Sequence record: PP400788
DNA from: Escherichia phage FL33
Length of the DNA: 64,000 bases
Strand: one strand, 5' to 3'
Shown here: piece after piece, positions 40,833 through 50,839 of the stretch
How the letters are laid out: every line of letters starts with the position of its first letter
How positions within the stretch are numbered: the stretch's first letter is position 1
Translations under genes and position numbers: made by a program
Notes under the pieces: model-generated
The model's database searches: none
What the model saw: only the letters and a program-made list of their open reading frames with translations
What the model was told of the DNA's origin: nothing

Positions 40833-41141
40833 TTAGTCTTCTATGATATCTCTATCATATCCAAGTGAAATGAGAGTTTCTTTGAAGTGTTTAATGTTCT
40901 TTTGTCTAGAATCATTAATGAAAATGACTGGATAACGAATGTTAAGAGATGTGAATCCAGCGCGTTTAGCAAGAGATACAATCAGCGGACGATCATACTC
41001 AATCTTACCATTATTTGTAAGAACTTTATAGAAAGTAAAAGGAGCATTGAGCTCCTTTAGAAGTTTTGTAACTGATTGACATCCAGGACAACGACCTACT
41101 TCATCTGGAATTCCATAGACTTCAATCTTATTTTGTTTCAC
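40833..41141 (-). CDS. nrdH: glutaredoxin-like protein NrdH, 102 aa
   Basis: CPGC redox motif; position upstream of nrdG/nrdD. Confidence 0.75.
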   Translation of the reverse strand: MKQNKIEVYGIPDEVGRCPGCQSVTKLLKELNAPFTFYKVLTNNGKIEYDRPLIVSLAKRAGFTSLNIRYPVIFINDSRQKNIKHFKETLISLGYDRDIIED

Positions 41142-41143
41142 AA

Positions 41144-41356
41144 CTATTCCTTACTAAGAGCAGCATTCAACTTGTTAGTAATTTTATCCAGACGCTCATT
41201 GAACTCGCTAGAAGATAAACCCTTTTCTGGAGAAATCAAACTAATCACGAAAAATATAGCAATAAAAGGAATAAGGAAAATAGCTCCAACTGCCATAAAC
41301 AGAAAGAATGTTACAGTTGTAAGAAAATCAGCTAAACCTTTACGAAATTTATACAT
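41144..41356 (-). CDS. small membrane protein, 70 aa
   Basis: ORF with one long hydrophobic segment. Confidence 0.5.
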   Translation of the reverse strand: MYKFRKGLADFLTTVTFFLFMAVGAIFLIPFIAIFFVISLISPEKGLSSSEFNERLDKITNKLNAALSKE

Positions 41357-41471
41357 ATTTTACCCTTAATTGATTAACCAAGCATTGATAAGCACTAAAC
41401 TATATTGGGAATAAAATTCTGGACCAAAATGAAAAATCATATCATTTATAGTATCCATAATGTAATTCAAT

Positions 41472-41942
41472 TTAATCATGTTTCCACACCCCATCGATAT
41501 TTGACCAAAGTCGCTGATTATCTGATCCTCGCCACAGCTTTTTAGTCGGAAGATTTTTCTCATACTTCCCATCAATAATAACATCAACATATTTAAGCAT
41601 TTCTAGTTGTTTAATATCTTCAAACTTATATCCTGTCCACAACCAAATGCTTTTATTGGGATAAAGATTTTTTACTGTTTGAACAATGCAATGAATAACA
41701 TCTCGATTGTCAGGATAGAGAGGGTCTCCTCCAGTTATAGTTAATCCTTCTATATAATCATTATTCAAACATTCAATTAATTGTTCTAGTGTTTCACCAG
41801 TGAATGGAATACCATTTCTAGCATTCCATGTTGATTTATTATAACACCCTTCACATTTATGCAAACAACCTGTAACGAAAAGAACGACCCTGCAACCAGG
41901 GCCATTCACAAAATCGCAAGGATAAAATCTATCATAATTCAT
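41472..41942 (-). CDS. nrdG: anaerobic ribonucleotide reductase activating protein NrdG (radical SAM), 156 aa
   Basis: Cys cluster GCLHKCEGCYN; length equals T4 NrdG as recalled. Confidence 0.9.
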   Translation of the reverse strand: MNYDRFYPCDFVNGPGCRVVLFVTGCLHKCEGCYNKSTWNARNGIPFTGETLEQLIECLNNDYIEGLTITGGDPLYPDNRDVIHCIVQTVKNLYPNKSIWLWTGYKFEDIKQLEMLKYVDVIIDGKYEKNLPTKKLWRGSDNQRLWSNIDGVWKHD

Positions 41943-43756
41943 TGGTGTTTAACCCTATGCATGATTTCTTTATTTTTACCGAGATTAAATCCGCGTTCGT
42001 TCGGATTTCCCAAATAACCACATGTTCTTCTTATTGTATTCATCTTTTTAGGATCAGTTTCTCCACAAATAGAACAAACAAATCCGTTTTCAGTAGGAGT
42101 CATTTCATGGGTACTTCCGCATGTAAAACATTTATCTACTGGCATATTAACACCAAAATAATCTAAATGTTGTGCAGCATAATCCCACACGGCCTCAAGA
42201 CCTTTTAAGTTATTTTTCATATCAGGAAGTTCAACATAAGAAATGTGACCACCTGTCGCAATGAAATGATATGGAGCTTCACGAGAAATCTTTTCAAACG
42301 GAGTAATATTTTCTTCTACTGAAACATGGAAACTGTTAGTGTACCAGCCTTTATCGGTAACATCTTTTACACTTCCATATTTCTCTGTATCAAGTTTACA
42401 GAAGCGATAACAAAGGTTTTCAGCAGGAGTCGAATATAAACTAAAAGCAAATCCGGTTCTTTCAGTCCACTGCTTAAGACGAGCATTCATTTTAGTTAAA
42501 ATTTCTTGTCCAATATCACGACCAACAAGAATATTCAATTCGTGAATACCGATGTATCCTAGAGACACTGAACTTCTGCCGTTTTTAAATAACTCAATTA
42601 TATCGTCATCAGGTTTAAGACGAACCCCAAATGCGCCTTCTTGGTAAAGAATAGGAGCAACAGTCGCTTTAACTCCTTTTAAGGAACTAATTCTACACAT
42701 CAAAGCTTCAAAACACAAATCCATTCGTTCATTGAATAATTCAACAAATTTCTGTTCATTGAATTGTGTTTCAATATAAGAATCTAACGCGATGCGAGGA
42801 AGATTCAGTGTTACAACACCAAGATTATTACGTCCATCAAGAATTTCATTACCAGTCGAATCTTTCCATACGCTCAAGAAACTACGGCAACCCATTGGAG
42901 AAACAGGAACAGATGAACCAGTGATAGCTTTATTGTTCTTAGCTGAAATAATATCAGGATACATCCTTTTGCTTGCACACTCTAGAGCAAGCTGCTTAAT
43001 ATCATAGTTCGGATCGTCTTTATAAAGATTAACACCTTCTTCAACGAACATAACAAGCTTAGGGAAAATAGGAGTTATCCCATCACGACCAAGACCTTTA
43101 ATACGATTTTTCAGAATTGCTTTCTGAATCATTCGTTCAGTCCAGTCAGTTCCCGTACCAAATGTAATTGTTACAAAAGGAGTCTGTCCATTTGAACTAA
43201 AGAGAGTATTTACTTCATATTCATAAGCTTGGAATGCATCGTATACGTCTTTTTCTGTTTTAGATTGAGCATAATTCAACGCATCAGCGATTTGCCATTT
43301 TTCTGCATCCTCAATATGTTTTGCATAGGTGCGTTTAACATAAGGAGAAAGTACTTTATCTACATTCGCAAAAGTCGTTCCGCCGTATTGGTGAGAAGCA
43401 ACCTGTGCAGTAATTTGTGCCATAATTGCAGTAGCAACGCCAATTGATTTAGGAGTTTCAATCTGCGCATTACCTAGCTTAAATCCATTTTCAAGCATTC
43501 CTTTTAAATCTACTAAACAGCAATTAGTAAATGGAAGAGCAGGGGAATAATCAATATCATGGAAATGAATAATTCCGCTTTCATGCGCTTTCATAATAAA
43601 AGACGGGACCATATTTTTGGCAATGTGTTTAGACACAATACCAGCCATAAGGTCCCGTTGAGTTGGAAAAACACGAGAATCTTTATTAGCATTCTCGTTT
43701 AAAAGGTCTTTATTAGTTTTATGAATTAATCCTTCAATTTCTTTTTCAATTGTCAT
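41939..43756 (-). CDS. nrdD: anaerobic ribonucleoside-triphosphate reductase NrdD, 605 aa, intron-less
   Basis: C-terminal Zn ribbon CFTCG...CSICG and glycyl radical region (RTCGY); continuous ORF. Confidence 0.9.
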   Translation of the reverse strand: MTIEKEIEGLIHKTNKDLLNENANKDSRVFPTQRDLMAGIVSKHIAKNMVPSFIMKAHESGIIHFHDIDYSPALPFTNCCLVDLKGMLENGFKLGNAQIETPKSIGVATAIMAQITAQVASHQYGGTTFANVDKVLSPYVKRTYAKHIEDAEKWQIADALNYAQSKTEKDVYDAFQAYEYEVNTLFSSNGQTPFVTITFGTGTDWTERMIQKAILKNRIKGLGRDGITPIFPKLVMFVEEGVNLYKDDPNYDIKQLALECASKRMYPDIISAKNNKAITGSSVPVSPMGCRSFLSVWKDSTGNEILDGRNNLGVVTLNLPRIALDSYIETQFNEQKFVELFNERMDLCFEALMCRISSLKGVKATVAPILYQEGAFGVRLKPDDDIIELFKNGRSSVSLGYIGIHELNILVGRDIGQEILTKMNARLKQWTERTGFAFSLYSTPAENLCYRFCKLDTEKYGSVKDVTDKGWYTNSFHVSVEENITPFEKISREAPYHFIATGGHISYVELPDMKNNLKGLEAVWDYAAQHLDYFGVNMPVDKCFTCGSTHEMTPTENGFVCSICGETDPKKMNTIRRTCGYLGNPNERGFNLGKNKEIMHRVKHQ

Positions 43757-44226
43757 TTTAAACTCTTTCTAAGCTGCTTCTTAAATGAAGCTATTAATTG
43801 TGTTTTAGTGTCAGATTCATTATATTCAAATCCTCTTTGAAGCATCTCAGCCATCATTTCCTCTTTTCCTAAACGGGAAAATTCCTTTGATTTATCTCCA
43901 ACAAAGTTAGGGTGAATATTATTTTGGGTGTAATCGGATTTTAAATAAGTAAGTAAATTTTCTAACCATTCAAGATAATCAACACCCTGTCCCTTTAAGC
44001 CAGAACGATTAAATTTATGCTTCATTTGACCTTCTGCGGCATTGCAGAGATTACAAAGCAATCCACGTACCTTTCCTGCTTTTGGTCCATTTAATTCATG
44101 GTCATGGTCGAGGTGATTAGCTTGAACGTCAGGATTTAGTTCTCGTTGGCAAATTAAGCATTTACCGTTTTGTGCATCATAAAATTTCTGTTTTTCTTCT
44201 TTATATAATTTGCCAGTCAATAACAT
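43753..44226 (-). CDS. 49: endonuclease VII (Holliday junction resolvase) gp49, 157 aa
   Basis: HLDHDHELNG H-N-H motif with CxxC zinc site; length equals T4 gp49 as recalled. Confidence 0.85.
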   Translation of the reverse strand: MLLTGKLYKEEKQKFYDAQNGKCLICQRELNPDVQANHLDHDHELNGPKAGKVRGLLCNLCNAAEGQMKHKFNRSGLKGQGVDYLEWLENLLTYLKSDYTQNNIHPNFVGDKSKEFSRLGKEEMMAEMLQRGFEYNESDTKTQLIASFKKQLRKSLK

Positions 44227-44267
44227 AATAAACCCTTACCTTAAATAGATAAGGGTATTTATTATTT

Positions 44268-44753
44268 TCAAGTATTGTAAAACATTTGATTCAATCGCTT
44301 ATATTGCCGAATCTTTTGGTCAGAAAAAGAAATTTGGGTTTCAAGCCATTCAATATATTCTGCCGCAGCTTGCATCAAATTTCCTTCATAGCCATCGTTA
44401 TTTTCTTGTGCAGCTAATTTAGCTAATGCGTATGAAATACGTTCACCCTGAAAATCGGCTTTAGGCTTCTGAACAACTTGATTAGTTCGCTCTACAACTT
44501 CTTCAATTTCGCCATTTTCGACTGATTCAGTATTCCACAAACACCAATACGTAATTGGCTTATCGTAGATGTTAATAATCTTTCCATCAGAAAGTTCAAT
44601 TTCAATAATTCCAGTATCAGGTTCTATATCATCTTCACATTCTTTTGCAAGTTCACGAACTTTAAAGACAGTACCTGCACTAAGTTCCGGCCAGTAATTA
44701 CACAGCCCTGTATCAGCACGATTAATTCTAAACCACTTATCTACTGTAATCAT
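44268..44753 (-). CDS. pin: Pin-like protease inhibitor, 161 aa
   Basis: Position after gene 49; start set at MITVDKW to give the recalled 161 aa; track ORF extends to 44771. Confidence 0.55.
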   Translation of the reverse strand: MITVDKWFRINRADTGLCNYWPELSAGTVFKVRELAKECEDDIEPDTGIIEIELSDGKIINIYDKPITYWCLWNTESVENGEIEEVVERTNQVVQKPKADFQGERISYALAKLAAQENNDGYEGNLMQAAAEYIEWLETQISFSDQKIRQYKRLNQMFYNT

Positions 44754-44876
44754 GTCCCATCTCCATATCAATTAAGTCATTTATCGTTGGTTCATTATAT
44801 ACTGTTTCTTCATCAGTGTAAACCGGTTCTTCCGGCTCTGGCTCTACAGTTTCCCATCTAGCCGCCCACCAAGGTT

Positions 44877-45197
44877 TTATAGCGTAATCCATTCTCTTAC
44901 TGTCTGAGTTACTACACGTTCTCGAAGCTCAACCAGTTCAACGGTAGGAACTGCATAATACCAGTCAGAATGGTAAGAACCTGAGCGAGATTCATTTACA
45001 GCCACATGTACATTATGTTTTGGACTAAAATAAACACACTGACGATATTGACATTTACCATCTTGCACCCAGTCTTCTATTTCGATAGGTTTAAGATAAT
45101 CGGAAAAATCGAAATCATAGTTTTCTGAAAATGCATCGTGGTCTTCGATGATTTCGCTCAGAACTGCATCAACATCTAATTTATTTTCAATAGTCAT
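44877..45197 (-). CDS. hypothetical protein, 106 aa
   Basis: ORF. Confidence 0.5.
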   Translation of the reverse strand: MTIENKLDVDAVLSEIIEDHDAFSENYDFDFSDYLKPIEIEDWVQDGKCQYRQCVYFSPKHNVHVAVNESRSGSYHSDWYYAVPTVELVELRERVVTQTVREWITL

Positions 45198-45207
45198 TTT
45201 TCACCAA

Positions 45208-45417
45208 TTAATTTCGCAATTTATTAAGTTCTTCATAATCAATCCAGGATTCTAATCCTGATGGCAAATCAGATTCAATTTCCCAAAGAAGTTCTTCAAT
45301 TTTATGAAGACGATCTAATTCTTCAGCTGGAATAGTAACCATTGATGGAGTTCTTGATACACTAATATCGTAAATCATATTTACCCCAGTTTGACCATAC
45401 AATCGCCGTATTTCCAC
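45208..45417 (-). CDS. hypothetical protein, 69 aa
   Basis: ORF. Confidence 0.45.
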   Translation of the reverse strand: MEIRRLYGQTGVNMIYDISVSRTPSMVTIPAEELDRLHKIEELLWEIESDLPSGLESWIDYEELNKLRN

Positions 45418-45596
45418 TTAGAAATAGACTTTTCGCCGTTAGAATAATAAACTTCGAGTTTAGCACGATTATTTTTAATTTGAATAACCTTGGCTGTCAT
45501 CAAAGTTCCATACCCGTAGTAAACTGCAACTTCATCACCTACATATACCGCGCTTCCGCGGTAATCATGGATATAATCAGTTCCTTCGAGAATCAT
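45381..45596 (-). CDS. hypothetical protein, 71 aa
   Basis: ORF. Confidence 0.45.
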   Translation of the reverse strand: MILEGTDYIHDYRGSAVYVGDEVAVYYGYGTLMTAKVIQIKNNRAKLEVYYSNGEKSISKWKYGDCMVKLG

Positions 45597-45856
45597 TTAA
45601 AGTATTCCCGCAATTGGTCAAATCCACCAATATGACTTCCATCAGGAGCAAATACCTGAGGCATTGTTAAGCCGATTTGAGTATCACGACCTAGTTTAGT
45701 CAGAAGCTCAGCGATTTTCTCATCATCAAAAACACCTTTTTCCGGCATAATGTTGATAAATTCAAACGGCTGTTTCTTCACGGTCAAAAGACGTTTTGCA
45801 TTATCGCAGTACACACATTTGTGGATGTTGCTATCATAACCATATACTTTAAACAT
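45593..45856 (-). CDS. nrdC: thioredoxin/glutaredoxin NrdC, 87 aa
   Basis: CVYC redox motif; length equals T4 NrdC as recalled. Confidence 0.85.
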   Translation of the reverse strand: MFKVYGYDSNIHKCVYCDNAKRLLTVKKQPFEFINIMPEKGVFDDEKIAELLTKLGRDTQIGLTMPQVFAPDGSHIGGFDQLREYFK

Positions 45857-45857
45857 A

Positions 45858-46115
45858 TTATTCCTTAATTCCTAGTACTTGTTTAAAAGTCTCGTCGTAA
45901 TCAAGACTTTGGCCCGTTTGTTCTTTATGTTTGTATATAATATCACTTACTTCTGATAGCATATTTTTATATGAACGAGTTAAAGCAGATTTAAGCACGC
46001 TATATCTATCAGGAAATTTACCATGTTCATTATAATAAGCTATTGCTAATTCACGGACTGCTTTTTCAGCAATCTCCATATATTCTTTACGCTTTGTCAT
46101 TTTCTTCTCGGTCAA
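45858..46115 (-). CDS. hypothetical protein, 85 aa
   Basis: ORF. Confidence 0.5.
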   Translation of the reverse strand: MTEKKMTKRKEYMEIAEKAVRELAIAYYNEHGKFPDRYSVLKSALTRSYKNMLSEVSDIIYKHKEQTGQSLDYDETFKQVLGIKE

Positions 46116-46401
46116 ATCGGTGTTTACAATGGCGGCATTTATAACGAAGATTACTAGTCTGCCAATGAACTAATTGTACCTGTTCAGTACCGCATTCAGG
46201 ACAATTAGGAACGTTTTTAGAAGCACGTTCGCGGCGTTCAACCATGACCATTACAGAATCCCAATTAACAGGAGGGCTATAATCATCACAACCATAAATC
46301 TTTCCACGCATTTCCAGATCGTCTTCTTCACCAGCCATAATAATTTTAATTAGACTAGAATTACTTGAAGCTGCAATGTCTTCTAATAGACGCTTTTTCA
46401 T
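46087..46401 (-). CDS. zinc-ribbon protein, 104 aa
   Basis: CPECG...CRHCKHRF motif. Confidence 0.5.
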   Translation of the reverse strand: MKKRLLEDIAASSNSSLIKIIMAGEEDDLEMRGKIYGCDDYSPPVNWDSVMVMVERRERASKNVPNCPECGTEQVQLVHWQTSNLRYKCRHCKHRFDREENDKA

Positions 46402-47327
46402 TTCAATACCTCAATAGCATTACGTAAACCATTTGCTTTTGCATTAAGAGCTTTTAACAATTTGGTGTGTTCTGCAATTTGGGCTTCAACTTCAATCAAA
46501 CGAGCATTGAGATATTCACGTTCTTCGCTCAAGTTATCAACCTTTTCTACTTTAGGTTCTTTTACAACTGGCTTATACGTATTAGGATTCTTCAGTTTAA
46601 TTAGAATGCGTGAACTGTATAACATTGAACCATTATCTTCGGTTTCATCATACATTTCTACTACGTCCATGATTTTTAACATCATGCGAAGTTTATAAGA
46701 CAACGAACGAATAGTTTTGTTGTGCTTATTAATTTCTTTAGCTGTCATGGTGCCGAGATTACGTGAGTAATAATAAGGAACCTGGATATTAATTAACACT
46801 GATGAACCACCTGGCTTGTGTGTTACTTCATCAGCAATAACCCAGTCCTTAACATGAACTGTATTTGTACGGTCATCGCCCATGGTAAACAGTTTGCGAG
46901 CATGCTTAAAAAGCATATTCACTTGAGTATTGAATTGACAAGCAAATTTATCAGCAAATTTAGTTTCAGGAATGGTAGATAACCAATCAGCCAAATGGGT
47001 CTTTTTAACATCGTTAATAATAGTAAATTCAACCAAATCGGTTATAGATGTCGCAGATTTAATGAAGCTCGGCTTCATAAAGTTTTTAATGTTATCACGA
47101 GCTACAGTAGAAGATAACATACGAGAACGTTTAAACCATTCAAGCAAATTGCCTAACGAATGAGAATAAGCGTTTTGAGTATCTTTACAGATATGATTTT
47201 CCTGGCCAACATATTGAAGGAAATCACGAAGAATATTATTGATTACTGCTCTGTGTCCGATCTGATAATTACGGTGTTTAGTAATAAGACTGTCAAAATA
47301 ATCAATATAATGTTTACGAGTTTTCAT
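46398..47327 (-). CDS. coiled-coil paralog family member A, 309 aa
   Basis: C-terminal heptad-like leucine-rich tail; shares middle motif with next three ORFs. Confidence 0.6.
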   Translation of the reverse strand: MKTRKHYIDYFDSLITKHRNYQIGHRAVINNILRDFLQYVGQENHICKDTQNAYSHSLGNLLEWFKRSRMLSSTVARDNIKNFMKPSFIKSATSITDLVEFTIINDVKKTHLADWLSTIPETKFADKFACQFNTQVNMLFKHARKLFTMGDDRTNTVHVKDWVIADEVTHKPGGSSVLINIQVPYYYSRNLGTMTAKEINKHNKTIRSLSYKLRMMLKIMDVVEMYDETEDNGSMLYSSRILIKLKNPNTYKPVVKEPKVEKVDNLSEEREYLNARLIEVEAQIAEHTKLLKALNAKANGLRNAIEVLK

Positions 47328-47378
47328 GTTCTTCTCACTTATTAATGATTTATACTCCGAGCCATCCTTGGCTTTAAA

Positions 47379-48380
47379 TTACTTAATTAACTGTAAAGCT
47401 TGTTCAAGACGATCCAAGCGATTAACAGATTCTTCCCAAATCCTTTTAGCCTGCTCATATTCTTTCTGCGCTTTATTAGAAATTTCTAGAACTTCTTTAT
47501 AAGCTTTTTCTAGTGCAATAACTTCTGGACGAATTTCTACCGATTCACCTGAATCGTCAAGACATTCCATTAGTTCCTCAAGGGTAGTTTCTTCTTTAGG
47601 AGTATTCACAATTTCATCACATTTTTGTTGGTAAATTTCTTTATCAGTAGGTGAGTACGCACACTTTACTTCACGAAGACTAATTACGAGTTTATATCCT
47701 TCCCAGCCGCATATATTCTTAAAAGGATATGTATGAATATTTTCTACTGTTTCCATACAAAGTAATGCGGTCTCTAATTGACGAGTTATAGTGCTAGCAA
47801 TTGAGAAAAATTTATTAATATTCTTTTGGTTAGTTTCTGGTGTAAAAAATCCATAATTCACAAAAATAGCTACTTTATTTTTATCAAGTTCATATTCTTT
47901 TATGATAATCATATCAGAAGCCAAAGGATGAATTTGACGATAATCGCCATAACATAATTTAGAAGCTGATTTTAGAATTTGCTTCTTAAAAAGTCTGAAA
48001 TTACTAATCCAACGACGAGTAAAAATATTCTCAGGGTCTTCTTTGACAGTAAGATGATAAGAATTAACATCACCGAACCAATTATATCCTACTACATCTT
48101 TGGTTCGTTTAATTTCTTTCCCAAAATTACCAAGAATATCCCGATTAACCAAATATGAAAGAAGACGAGACTCTTTAAAGGTTTTCTTGATAACATCTTT
48201 ATCTACACGGCTAGAAATTTTACGAATTTCATGAATAAATTTAGTAGAAGAAACAATACTTGCATCAACACTATTGAGCCATTGATTGATAATAGAAAGA
48301 ACGCTATTTTGGCCAAACACTGGTATAGCTTTATCATCAATAACACTATTGAATGATTTGATATATTCGTTACGAGTCAT
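47379..48380 (-). CDS. coiled-coil paralog family member B, about 333 aa
   Basis: Start moved to MTRNEY because promoter -10 overlaps the track ATG at 48410; W..F..LF.KQILKSASKL motif. Confidence 0.55.
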   Translation of the reverse strand: MTRNEYIKSFNSVIDDKAIPVFGQNSVLSIINQWLNSVDASIVSSTKFIHEIRKISSRVDKDVIKKTFKESRLLSYLVNRDILGNFGKEIKRTKDVVGYNWFGDVNSYHLTVKEDPENIFTRRWISNFRLFKKQILKSASKLCYGDYRQIHPLASDMIIIKEYELDKNKVAIFVNYGFFTPETNQKNINKFFSIASTITRQLETALLCMETVENIHTYPFKNICGWEGYKLVISLREVKCAYSPTDKEIYQQKCDEIVNTPKEETTLEELMECLDDSGESVEIRPEVIALEKAYKEVLEISNKAQKEYEQAKRIWEESVNRLDRLEQALQLIK

Positions 48381-48408
48381 ATTAATCTCCTCAGTAGAAA
48401 GTAAGAAC

Positions 48409-48438
48409 ATTATACCACATCCGTGTGGTAAAGTAAAC
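48409..48438 (-). promoter_or_regulatory. T4-type early promoter
   Basis: GTTTAC 48433-48438, TGTGGTATAAT -10. Confidence 0.55.
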
Positions 48439-49466
48439 TAGTTCAGTGCATTTAGTGCATTGTTCAGTTTAGAACGTTGCTTCGTGAGATTTTTGACTTT
48501 TTCTTGAGCTTTTTCTAGCATCTTTTCAGCTTCTAACACTTCATTAGTTGCTTTAACGAGTTCATCATCTACTGCTTTAAGAGACTCCTCAATCGCATCT
48601 GCATGCCATTTTTCAACAGGTTTAAGACTCGGATTTTCAATAGGAAGAAAATTCACTTTATTGAATTTCCATGCATCTTTATTACCTGAACTATACATCC
48701 AAAATTTAGGATCGTTTGATGAGTAATTGGATAAATTTAAATTTAAGTTATCTTGCACTTCCTGCTTTTTCTCTTGCGTGACTTCGTCCTTTCTTAAAAA
48801 ATCGTATTTAAATGAAACGATCATATCAAGTTCATATGTTGTTGTGTCTAATTTAAATCGTTCGAAATGCTTTGAAATCTTAGACTGAACACCAGCAACA
48901 ACATCCATATACTTAAATGCTTCTGTCAACTGTGATTTAAGGCATTCACAAATTGAAAGAGAATTTTTTGTATTAGGTTTAAAGCTAATTCGTGCGGTTC
49001 TATTATTTTCTTTTAATGGTCTTACTTCCATCTGAAGAGTATAACCATCAAATTTCAGATTCTTTAAGTTAATTTCAGAACCTTTTAATCGACTCGCAGT
49101 TGATAAAATTTGCTTTAATTGTCTACGGAACAGAGCAATAAATCTCCATTCAATACGATAATGATTTGGATTGAAAAATCCAGATGATAAATTGACCTTA
49201 CTTTGACCAACGCCTTGAACAAATAGAGGATTTTTATAATCAATAGTTTTACAGAAATCGGTGAGCTGCTCACGAGCAGTCATTTGCGTAATATACCCTG
49301 CTTTACTAAAATTACGCACCCATTCACTGCTATTCAGATATTTAAAGTGATGAATAGCACGATTAACTTTATCAAAGTCTAAATTATTTTCACACAAAAA
49401 TGTCATAACATCACGAGTATCGCTAGCGTTACGAACCATATCTTCAATTTGAGAACGAGTTTTCAT
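48438..49466 (-). CDS. coiled-coil paralog family member C, 342 aa
   Basis: W..F..LFRRQLKQILSTASRL motif; C-terminal coiled coil. Confidence 0.6.
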   Translation of the reverse strand: MKTRSQIEDMVRNASDTRDVMTFLCENNLDFDKVNRAIHHFKYLNSSEWVRNFSKAGYITQMTAREQLTDFCKTIDYKNPLFVQGVGQSKVNLSSGFFNPNHYRIEWRFIALFRRQLKQILSTASRLKGSEINLKNLKFDGYTLQMEVRPLKENNRTARISFKPNTKNSLSICECLKSQLTEAFKYMDVVAGVQSKISKHFERFKLDTTTYELDMIVSFKYDFLRKDEVTQEKKQEVQDNLNLNLSNYSSNDPKFWMYSSGNKDAWKFNKVNFLPIENPSLKPVEKWHADAIEESLKAVDDELVKATNEVLEAEKMLEKAQEKVKNLTKQRSKLNNALNALN

Positions 49467-49474
49467 AGTGTTCC

Positions 49475-50401
49475 TTAAGATTTAAGTAAATCAACAATTT
49501 TAATTAACTTTTCACGCTCAGATTTAGCTTTACTACTCAATCCAGATAGTCTGAAAATTTCATCGTCATATTGTTGAATAGAAATATTCAGCTCTTCAAT
49601 CTGTTTATTAAAATAATCAATTTGTTCAGAATGTTTTTCGTTACTACGAACTGGTACAGGTTTCGTAGGCAATTTAGTTGAACTGGATTCATCCGGGCGA
49701 TAAATTAAAATACAACTTGAACCAATAGGGCATTTTGCACCAGATGAATATTCTAATGTTCCAGCTTCTTTTAAAACTTCAAAAGCCAAACAGAGATGAT
49801 GCCCCATATTAACATAATCTGTAGAGCGAGCTCTGATGTAATAATCATCTCCACGAATACTAAATTTAAAGCATTTAAGGTCTTCTGTATTATTGGTCTT
49901 AAAAATCATTTGTTTATCTAGACCTTTAGCTAATCGAGCGCCTAATGCTAATAATCGTCGTTGATTTTCCCACAAATCCGCTATCATTTGATCGAATGAT
50001 AATTTCGGCATTAGTCGACCATAAAGGTCATATCCTTTATTATAATTACGAAGGATTTCACTCGCATTAATACGAGACAACGCTCCAATTTTATTAAGGG
50101 CTTTCATAATGCGATTAGATAAACTCATTCCAGACCCATTTGTTCGCTGTAAATGTTTTTCTAATCCAAAGCCAATATCAACTTTAAACTTATCTAAAAT
50201 TTCGGCATGAACATCTCTGTCAATAACATTCAAATCCAAAGTTGGGTTAAATCTATGAAAAAATTTATCTGGCTCTCCACGACGAAATACAGTCCATTCA
50301 TTCATCATTTTTTTATTAACTAAAGATTTAATTACTGCATTGACATTATTAATTACGACTGACATATTTTCCTCACTCAATTTCAATTTTACTAAATACA
50401 C
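49475..50401 (-). CDS. coiled-coil paralog family member D, 308 aa
   Basis: LWENQRRLLALGARLAKGL motif; C-terminal coiled coil; start may be internal. Confidence 0.55.
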   Translation of the reverse strand: MYLVKLKLSEENMSVVINNVNAVIKSLVNKKMMNEWTVFRRGEPDKFFHRFNPTLDLNVIDRDVHAEILDKFKVDIGFGLEKHLQRTNGSGMSLSNRIMKALNKIGALSRINASEILRNYNKGYDLYGRLMPKLSFDQMIADLWENQRRLLALGARLAKGLDKQMIFKTNNTEDLKCFKFSIRGDDYYIRARSTDYVNMGHHLCLAFEVLKEAGTLEYSSGAKCPIGSSCILIYRPDESSSTKLPTKPVPVRSNEKHSEQIDYFNKQIEELNISIQQYDDEIFRLSGLSSKAKSEREKLIKIVDLLKS

Positions 50402-50780
50402 AGAATATGATTGAACAGACTACATAAGCACCGCACACAGATTGAACTAATACCATTCCAAAGAACCAAACAATATTATCAAACAGTGTCTGTTTTACGT
50501 CGAAAGGACGTAAACTTACAGTAATATTATCACCTTTTTCTATTGAAGAATACATCTCTGGGGAAATATATTCACTAAATCTATAACCGTCTTTAAGTTC
50601 ATATACGGCAATAAACGATAAACTAGACCCCTTTCCTTGTGTTCCTGTAATGGTATTAACTACAGTAACATCATAATCTTTATAGTGCATATAATCATTA
50701 ATAGCATAATAACCGTATGCAACTACTACACATAAACAACATATCAATAAATTCAATCTTTTAATTATCAACTGTTTCAT
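50373..50780 (-). CDS. membrane protein, 135 aa
   Basis: Two hydrophobic segments at the ends. Confidence 0.5.
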   Translation of the reverse strand: MKQLIIKRLNLLICCLCVVVAYGYYAINDYMHYKDYDVTVVNTITGTQGKGSSLSFIAVYELKDGYRFSEYISPEMYSSIEKGDNITVSLRPFDVKQTLFDNIVWFFGMVLVQSVCGAYVVCSIIFCVFSKIEIE

Positions 50781-50809
50781 AATAATCTCAATTAAAAGGG
50801 CTTAGAACC

Positions 50810-50839
50810 ATTATACCATCCTTGGTATAAAGCGGTTAT
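50810..50839 (-). promoter_or_regulatory. early-promoter-like element (TGGTATAAT -10, weak -35)
   Basis: Extended -10 in minus sense; -35 is CTTTAT. Confidence 0.35.

Noticed and set aside
41366-41590. 74-aa ORF overlapping the start of nrdG
   Set aside because: Overlaps nrdG by over 100 nt in another frame; at most a roughly 30-aa remnant would be free-standing.
41939-43756. Possible group I intron / I-TevIII-type insertion in nrdD
   Set aside because: nrdD is one continuous 605-aa ORF with no interruption.
47360-47373. Hairpin plus TATAAATC upstream of coiled-coil paralog A as a late promoter
   Set aside because: One mismatch to the TATAAATA late consensus and no supporting context; noted but not called.
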